Positions 59,250 through 64,000 of a DNA stretch of 64,000 nucleotides are shown here, in pieces (positions within the stretch are counted from its first letter, which is position 1; each line of letters opens with the position of its first letter). The translations under genes were made by a program, and so were the position numbers. Below the pieces are notes generated by a model, which made no database searches, was not told the origin of the DNA, and saw only the letters and a list, made by a program, of their open reading frames with translations. Source of the stretch: Alphaproteobacteria bacterium. GTDB lineage: Bacteria > Pseudomonadota > Alphaproteobacteria > GCA-2731375. The stretch lies in NCBI GenBank assembly GCA_965232515.1, contig CBDDPY010000002.1:768001-832000 (forward strand), in the 5' to 3' direction.

Positions 59250-60440
59250 CTAACGGCGTCCGGCCACCAGGCGGTCAGCGAACACACAGACCAGACCGCA
59301 GACGGCAATAACCGCGGCCATCGGTACCGCCGTGTCGTCGTGCAACTGGCCGACGGCAGCGCCAGCGATGGCGCCGAAACCGAACTGCGCCGCGCCGAAG
59401 ACGGCGGCAACGCTGCCGGCTTTGTGGGGGAAATCGGCGGTGGCGCGCGCCATCGCGTTGGCGCCGATGAGACTGAGGGGAGCGACGTAGAAGAACAGCG
59501 GTAGAACGATGCCGATCAGGCCGCCCACACCGGTCCAGGCGGTCGTCAGCAGCGCCGCGCCGGCCAGCACCAGTATGCCTGTGCCGACCGCCATCAACCG
59601 ATGGGCGCCGAAGCGCAACACCAGGCGACCGTTCAGATAGGCGCCGGCCATCAAGCCGATCACATTGAGGCCGAACAGGTAGCCGTAGTTCGCCGGCGAC
59701 ACGCCGAACAGCTCGATGTAGACGAACGGCGTGCCCGAGATGTAGGCGAACATGCCGGCGAACGCGCTGCCGCCGGCCAGGATGCAGCCCACAGCCTTGC
59801 GGTTGACCAGAATCTCGCCATAGCCGACAAACGTATGCAGCAGGCCGCGTTTGCTCCGGCGTTCTGGCGGGTTGGTTTCGTCGAGCCAGAACAGCACGGC
59901 GGCGAAGCAAACCAGCCCGAAGCCGGTCAGCACCCAGAAAATCGCCCGCCAGCCGAAGAAGGTCAGAACCTGGCCGCCGACCAGCGGGGCCAGAAGCGGC
60001 GCCAGGCCGGTGATCAGCGTCATGAACGACAGCATCCGGGCCCCACGGTCCGTGTCGAACTTGTCGCGAACGATGGCGCGGGCCACGACCGTGCCGGCGC
60101 CGCCGCCGAGCGCGTGCAAGAGACGATAGGCGATCAGGTTGTCGACATCCGGACTGAGCGCGCAGAGCGCCGATGTGATGACGTATAGGGCAATGCCCGA
60201 CAGCAGCATCGGCCGACGGCCGTAACGATCCGACAGCGGCCCATAGACCAATTGGCCGAAAGCGAAACCGATGAAAAAGGCGCTGAGGGTGAGCTGAACG
60301 TCCGCCGCGGTCGCCGACAGATCCCGCCCGATCGCCGGCAGGCTTGGCAGATACATATCGACCGACATCGGCCCGAAGGCCGCAAGCAGGCCCAGGATCC
60401 AGATCAGCGGCGGGCCCGTGCGACGGCCGTCCGTAGTCAT
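59250..60440 (-). CDS. Bcr/CflA family MFS efflux transporter
   Basis: DMYLPSLP, GPLSDRYGRRP, APLLAPLVGG, GWRAIF, ETNP, YISGTPF. Confidence 0.93.
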   Translation of the reverse strand: MTTDGRRTGPPLIWILGLLAAFGPMSVDMYLPSLPAIGRDLSATAADVQLTLSAFFIGFAFGQLVYGPLSDRYGRRPMLLSGIALYVITSALCALSPDVDNLIAYRLLHALGGGAGTVVARAIVRDKFDTDRGARMLSFMTLITGLAPLLAPLVGGQVLTFFGWRAIFWVLTGFGLVCFAAVLFWLDETNPPERRSKRGLLHTFVGYGEILVNRKAVGCILAGGSAFAGMFAYISGTPFVYIELFGVSPANYGYLFGLNVIGLMAGAYLNGRLVLRFGAHRLMAVGTGILVLAGAALLTTAWTGVGGLIGIVLPLFFYVAPLSLIGANAMARATADFPHKAGSVAAVFGAAQFGFGAIAGAAVGQLHDDTAVPMAAVIAVCGLVCVFADRLVAGRR

Positions 60441-60543
60441 CTATTCCCCCTGATCGAGCGGAAGCGCTCGCGGTCATTGTGGCATCCGGCGACCGCGATG
60501 TCCTGGCGGCGATGCGCTTGGATCTTGTCTTGGACACACTTAT

Positions 60544-60558
60544 GTTCTATTTTTGTTC
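60544..60558 (+). promoter_or_regulatory. Alphaproteobacterial LexA (SOS) box
   Basis: GTTC-TATTTTT-GTTC is an exact GTTC-N7-GTTC match, next to CATAAT and 28 nt before ATG 60587. Confidence 0.8.
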
Positions 60559-60586
60559 TCATAATGTGAGATAACGAGAAGAGCAA

Positions 60587-60826
60587 ATGCGACGCACAAC
60601 CAGAAAGACGGGCCTCGTTGACAAGACCCCGGTGCTCAATGCCATGGCCGGCTGCCGACAAGCCATGGTGACGCTGCGCCAATCCTATGCGTTCAAGACG
60701 GCGATCTATCGCGAGGCCGGCAGCCTGATCGAGCAGATGGACGACATGGCACTGCTGCTGACCGGAAAGCGCGACTACTTCCTGCCCCGGCCGCATGCGA
60801 CGCATGGCGGCGGCGGTGAAAATTGA
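60587..60826 (+). CDS. 79-aa hypothetical protein, probably SOS-inducible
   Basis: GAGAAGAG SD; helical sequence ending ALLLTGKRDYF; LexA box upstream. Confidence 0.75.
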   Translation: MRRTTRKTGLVDKTPVLNAMAGCRQAMVTLRQSYAFKTAIYREAGSLIEQMDDMALLLTGKRDYFLPRPHATHGGGGEN

Positions 60827-60900
60827 CGTCAGGTTTTTGTTCGAATTCAGAGGGTTTCCGACATTTCCTGAATGTAATTATGAGAAAACCGCCAAAACCT

Positions 60901-60998
60901 TCAGCCTTGTCATCCTGGCGAAGGCCAGGATCCAGCGGCATCGCAACCTCTTGAAAAACACAAGAATGGATCCTGGCCTTCGCCAGGATGACGGCTGA
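60901..60998. repeat. REP-like palindrome doublet
   Basis: GTCATCCTGGCGAAGGCCAGGATCCA (60909-60934) and its exact reverse complement (60967-60992), flanked by TCAGCC/GGCTGA. Confidence 0.88.
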
Positions 60999-61053
60999 GG
61001 TGGCTTTGATGCGGGCTCCCACGCCGGCATGAAACGTGGTCGAGTGTCCTGGT

Positions 61054-61662
61054 CTAGTCGAACAGCGAGGCCTGGGCCTTTTTCGGGGGCTGGGGCGCGG
61101 ACTCTTCGACGGCCAAGTCGCCTTCGTAGGGGCGCAACAGTTCCTTTCGGCCCTCGACCAGCCAGGCGCCGTATTCGTCGGGGCGCAGGATCGCCGGCAT
61201 GCGGTGGTGGTAGCCGGCGACGAGCGTGTTCGGCTCGGTCACGATCATGGTGCAGGCCATAACGGGACCGTCGGGGCCGGCGCTCTGCTCCCAGAGGCCG
61301 GCAATGGCGTAGGGGGCGCCGTCCGGCATGCGAAAGGCGAAGCGGGTCTTGCCGCCTTTCGGTCCCGTCCACTCGTAGAACGCTTCGAGCGGCAACAGAC
61401 AGCGGCGCTCGCGGAAAGCCTTGGCCCAGAGCGGCTTGCCGTCGACGGTCTCGGCCCGGGCGTTGTTCAGCTTGTCGCTGAATGGCCGGATGAAGCCCCA
61501 GCGCATCTCGGCGACGATCCGGGCCTCGCCGTCGAGCCGAATCGCGAGCGTCGGCCGTCCGGGGTAGATATCGCCGTACTCCGGCAGGTTGGGACTGTTC
61601 TGTATATCGAACAATCGGCGAAGCGCATCGACCGACGTGGTCACGGTGTAAGCATTGCACAT
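61054..61662 (-). CDS. SOS response-associated peptidase (SRAP/YedK, abasic-site crosslinking) family protein
   Basis: N-terminal Cys2, MRWG, NARAET, RRCL.P..FYEW, IAGLWE, HHRMPAIL. Confidence 0.92.
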   Translation of the reverse strand: MCNAYTVTTSVDALRRLFDIQNSPNLPEYGDIYPGRPTLAIRLDGEARIVAEMRWGFIRPFSDKLNNARAETVDGKPLWAKAFRERRCLLPLEAFYEWTGPKGGKTRFAFRMPDGAPYAIAGLWEQSAGPDGPVMACTMIVTEPNTLVAGYHHRMPAILRPDEYGAWLVEGRKELLRPYEGDLAVEESAPQPPKKAQASLFD

Positions 61663-61742
61663 GCCGGGAAATTAGCCCGTATTTCTCACCACGACCATGG
61701 TCTGTGCGGTGCTGTGCCGCCGACGCCCCATGTCGCCGGCAG

Positions 61743-61842
61743 AAAAGAGCCGGGACGCGCGTGGCGCCCCGGCAGTCCAACAGGGAGGTAACAACTCACG
61801 TCACTCGCGACGATGAGAGGCGTCGGCGTGTCGCTGACGTCA
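61743..61842 (-). ncRNA. suhB/MmgR (alpha-r8)-like small RNA, copy 1
   Basis: 5' hairpin (ACGUCA-GCGAC..GUCGC..UGACGU), CCUCCCUGUUGGACU anti-SD core, GC terminator with UCUUUU; 5' end approximate. Confidence 0.65.
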
Positions 61843-61912
61843 CTCATAGATAGGCGCTCCGAACGCCCGCGTCTGTTTCAAGCCGGTGGCAAGAAATCAA
61901 CCGGCACAGGCC

Positions 61913-62018
61913 AAAAAGAGGCCGGGCTTTTTATCGAAGCCCGGCCACGTCAGGGAGCGAATTGCGCTCAAAATGGGGATGAGCCGGGAAGTATCGAAAC
62001 GCTGACATGCCCGGCTCG
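61913..62018 (-). ncRNA. suhB/MmgR-like small RNA, copy 2
   Basis: 5' hairpin GAGCCGGG..CCCGGCUC, CUCCCUGAC core, GGCCGGGCUU..AAGCCCGGCC-UCUUUUU terminator; 5' end approximate. Confidence 0.55.
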
Positions 62019-62144
62019 AGACTTAGTTTGACGTCAAATTGTTGCAGGCGAATGGCATACCCGTGTCAGGCCGGCGATCAATTCGTTGTGCGCCCGCTCT
62101 GTCCGGCATTGATGCGCTGGCGCGCCGGGCGCAAGCTGCCGTTT

Positions 62145-62951
62145 ATGTTAAGGGCCGTTAACGTCATGCTTGCTTTGGCCCTGTGGACGGCCGGGCCGGT
62201 GCTCGCCAGCGATCTCGAACTGCGCGACATTCCGGGCGGCAAATTCGTCATGGGCGATGCGGCCGGCGATACGAACGAGGCGCCGCGTCAACGATCGGTC
62301 GGCGGCTTCCGCCTGATGCGGTACGAAGTGACGAACCGTCAGTTCGCGGCCTTCGTGGCCGCGACCGGCCACCGCACCAATGCCGAGACCAGCGGGGCCG
62401 GGTACGTCTGGACGGATCGTTGGCGGCTGGTGAACGGCGCCCACTGGCACCGGCCGCAGGGACCGGGCAGCGATATTGCCGGCCGCGACGATCATCCCGT
62501 GGTGCAGGTCTCGGCCCGCGATGCCGAGGCGTTCTGCGAATACCATGGTCTGCGCCTGCCGGCCGAGGCGGAATGGGAATTCGCTGCCCGCGGCACCGAC
62601 GGCCGGCGCTATCCCTGGGGCAATGCGCCGCCAGAAGGCACGAATGGGGAACGGCGAGCGAATTTCGGCACGATGGACTGCTGCGCCGCCGACGACAGTG
62701 ACGGCCATGCGTTCACGGCGCCGGTCGGCAGCTATCCCACCGGCCGTTCACCCTTCGGTCTCGACGACATGGCCGGCAATGTCTGGGAATGGACGGCGAG
62801 CCCGTTCCCCGGCCGGCCCTCGCAGCGGGCCATCCGCGGCGGCGGCTGGGGCAACAATCCCTACTGCCTGCGGGTCAGCTACCGGCACGGCAACCGGCCG
62901 ATCATCAGCCTCGACATGGTCGGTTTCCGCTGTGCGGGCGATATGGACTAG
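62145..62951 (+). CDS. Formylglycine-generating enzyme (SUMF1/FGE-sulfatase) family protein, secreted
   Basis: Signal peptide; YEVTNRQF, HPVVQVS..DA..FC, RLP.EAEWE, YPWG, DMAGNVWEW, GFRCA. Confidence 0.9.
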   Translation: MLRAVNVMLALALWTAGPVLASDLELRDIPGGKFVMGDAAGDTNEAPRQRSVGGFRLMRYEVTNRQFAAFVAATGHRTNAETSGAGYVWTDRWRLVNGAHWHRPQGPGSDIAGRDDHPVVQVSARDAEAFCEYHGLRLPAEAEWEFAARGTDGRRYPWGNAPPEGTNGERRANFGTMDCCAADDSDGHAFTAPVGSYPTGRSPFGLDDMAGNVWEWTASPFPGRPSQRAIRGGGWGNNPYCLRVSYRHGNRPIISLDMVGFRCAGDMD

Positions 62952-62972
62952 GATCGTCGGCCCGCGGCCGCT

Positions 62973-63617
62973 CTAAACCTCGACAAAATCCGAGCAATAG
63001 GGATTCGTCTGCCGCTCGTAGCCGAACGTCGAGAGCTGACCGTGGCCGGGGATGAATGTGACGTCATCGCCGAGCGGCCAGAGCTGGCCGCGGATGGAGC
63101 GGATCAGCGTCGCGTGATCGCCCCGTGGCAGATCGCTGCGGCCGACCGAACCGCGGAACAGCACATCCCCGACGACCGCGACCTTGGACGGGCGGTGAAA
63201 GAACACGACGTGGCCCGGCGTGTGGCCCGGGCAATGCCGGACCTCCAATGTGACGTCACCGAAGCCGACCGTATCGCCACCGTCGAGCCAGCGGTCGGGC
63301 GTGAACGGCCGGGCGCCGGCGACGCCGAAGCGAGCGCCGTGCGTGGCGAGCTCGGCAATCAGGAAGGCATCGTCGCGATGCGGCCCCTCGATCGGCAGGT
63401 CGAAGCGCGCGGCCAGATCGGCGGTGCCGCCGGCATGGTCGATATGACCGTGCGTGAGCAGGATCTTCTCCAGCGTCACGCCGTTCTCCTCGACGGCGGC
63501 GAGAACATGTTCGAGGTCGCCGCCGGGATCGACGACCGCGCCGCGCATGGTGGTCGGGCACCACAACACGCTGCAGTTCTGCCGGAACCGGGTGACGGGA
63601 ATGATGGCTGCCTGCAT
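62973..63617 (-). CDS. MBL-fold metallo-hydrolase (GloC/YcbL-like)
   Basis: THGHIDHAG, CPGHTPGH, GDVLFRGSVGRSD, PGHG. Confidence 0.93.
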   Translation of the reverse strand: MQAAIIPVTRFRQNCSVLWCPTTMRGAVVDPGGDLEHVLAAVEENGVTLEKILLTHGHIDHAGGTADLAARFDLPIEGPHRDDAFLIAELATHGARFGVAGARPFTPDRWLDGGDTVGFGDVTLEVRHCPGHTPGHVVFFHRPSKVAVVGDVLFRGSVGRSDLPRGDHATLIRSIRGQLWPLGDDVTFIPGHGQLSTFGYERQTNPYCSDFVEV

Positions 63618-64000
63618 GACGGATTACGTGCCCCAAAAAACCGTGGGACAACGCGCTCAGGCATCATTCCACCCCATAGGCCTTACCGGTATTAAGCGTG
63701 TCCCGGGGCATTTGGCAACATGTCAAAACGCGGTTGCCGCCGATCGCCTGCCGCTTGCAGTTCGCATCGCAAACTTACAGACAATAATAATAAAAATTAC
63801 TGATCTGGATTAAGGCTAGAGATGAATCGCAGAATAGTGACGATTATTCGACCCATGTACGCGTTATGTTAAATGCTTTTTTACGCAGTTGCTATATTAC
63901 ACTTCCAAATTTCGAGATTCAGGCAATTATCCGACCGTCAAATACATTGCCTTGGCGGACATAAGCGAAATGACGGAAGCCGCATTAGACCCACTGGACG

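Noticed and set aside
60544-61662. Prophage or ICE remnant
   Set aside because: No integrase, tRNA attachment site, direct repeats or phage genes are visible
62145-62951. DGR target (CLec/FGE fold)
   Set aside because: No template repeat or reverse transcriptase in the window
1-64000. rRNA, tRNA, IS elements, CRISPR-cas, recognisable restriction or defence genes
   Set aside because: No matching sequence or motifs recognised; intergenic gaps are short and mostly explained by promoters, repeats or sRNA-like units

Overview
High-GC, gene-dense alphaproteobacterial chromosomal segment. The ruvX/pyrB/pyrC/plsY block divergent from gatCAB, the REP-type repeats and the LexA/CtrA/FixK-type motifs suggest a Rhodospirillales-like organism, which is an inference. 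Housekeeping core at 0.2-10.6 kb. The rest is a patchwork of accessory metabolic genes: two TRAP systems (one controlled by a DctBD/sigma54 pair), three class III nucleotide cyclases, an orphan E1 alpha/beta pair, LLM oxidoreductases, three Nu-class GSTs and a fluoroacetate-dehalogenase-like hydrolase. I saw no rRNA, tRNA, CRISPR array, integrase or transposase. The most notable elements come from reading the intergenic DNA and unusual ORFs: (1) a leaderless 23-aa uORF with mutually exclusive terminator/antiterminator pairings upstream of a small P-loop kinase-like gene; (2) a PEP-CTERM protein built from four 165-bp tandem repeats, with a sigma54 promoter and two TTTACA boxes; (3) a LexA-boxed 79-aa orphan converging on an SRAP gene; (4) a secreted, extremely cationic His/Phe/Gly-rich protein; (5) two tandem suhB/MmgR-like sRNAs; (6) a coupled TPR-2OG-oxygenase/DEDDh exonuclease pair; (7) a GH84 O-GlcNAcase-like gene coupled to a TRAP-amidase operon. 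All family calls rest on motif recognition; no database search was run.
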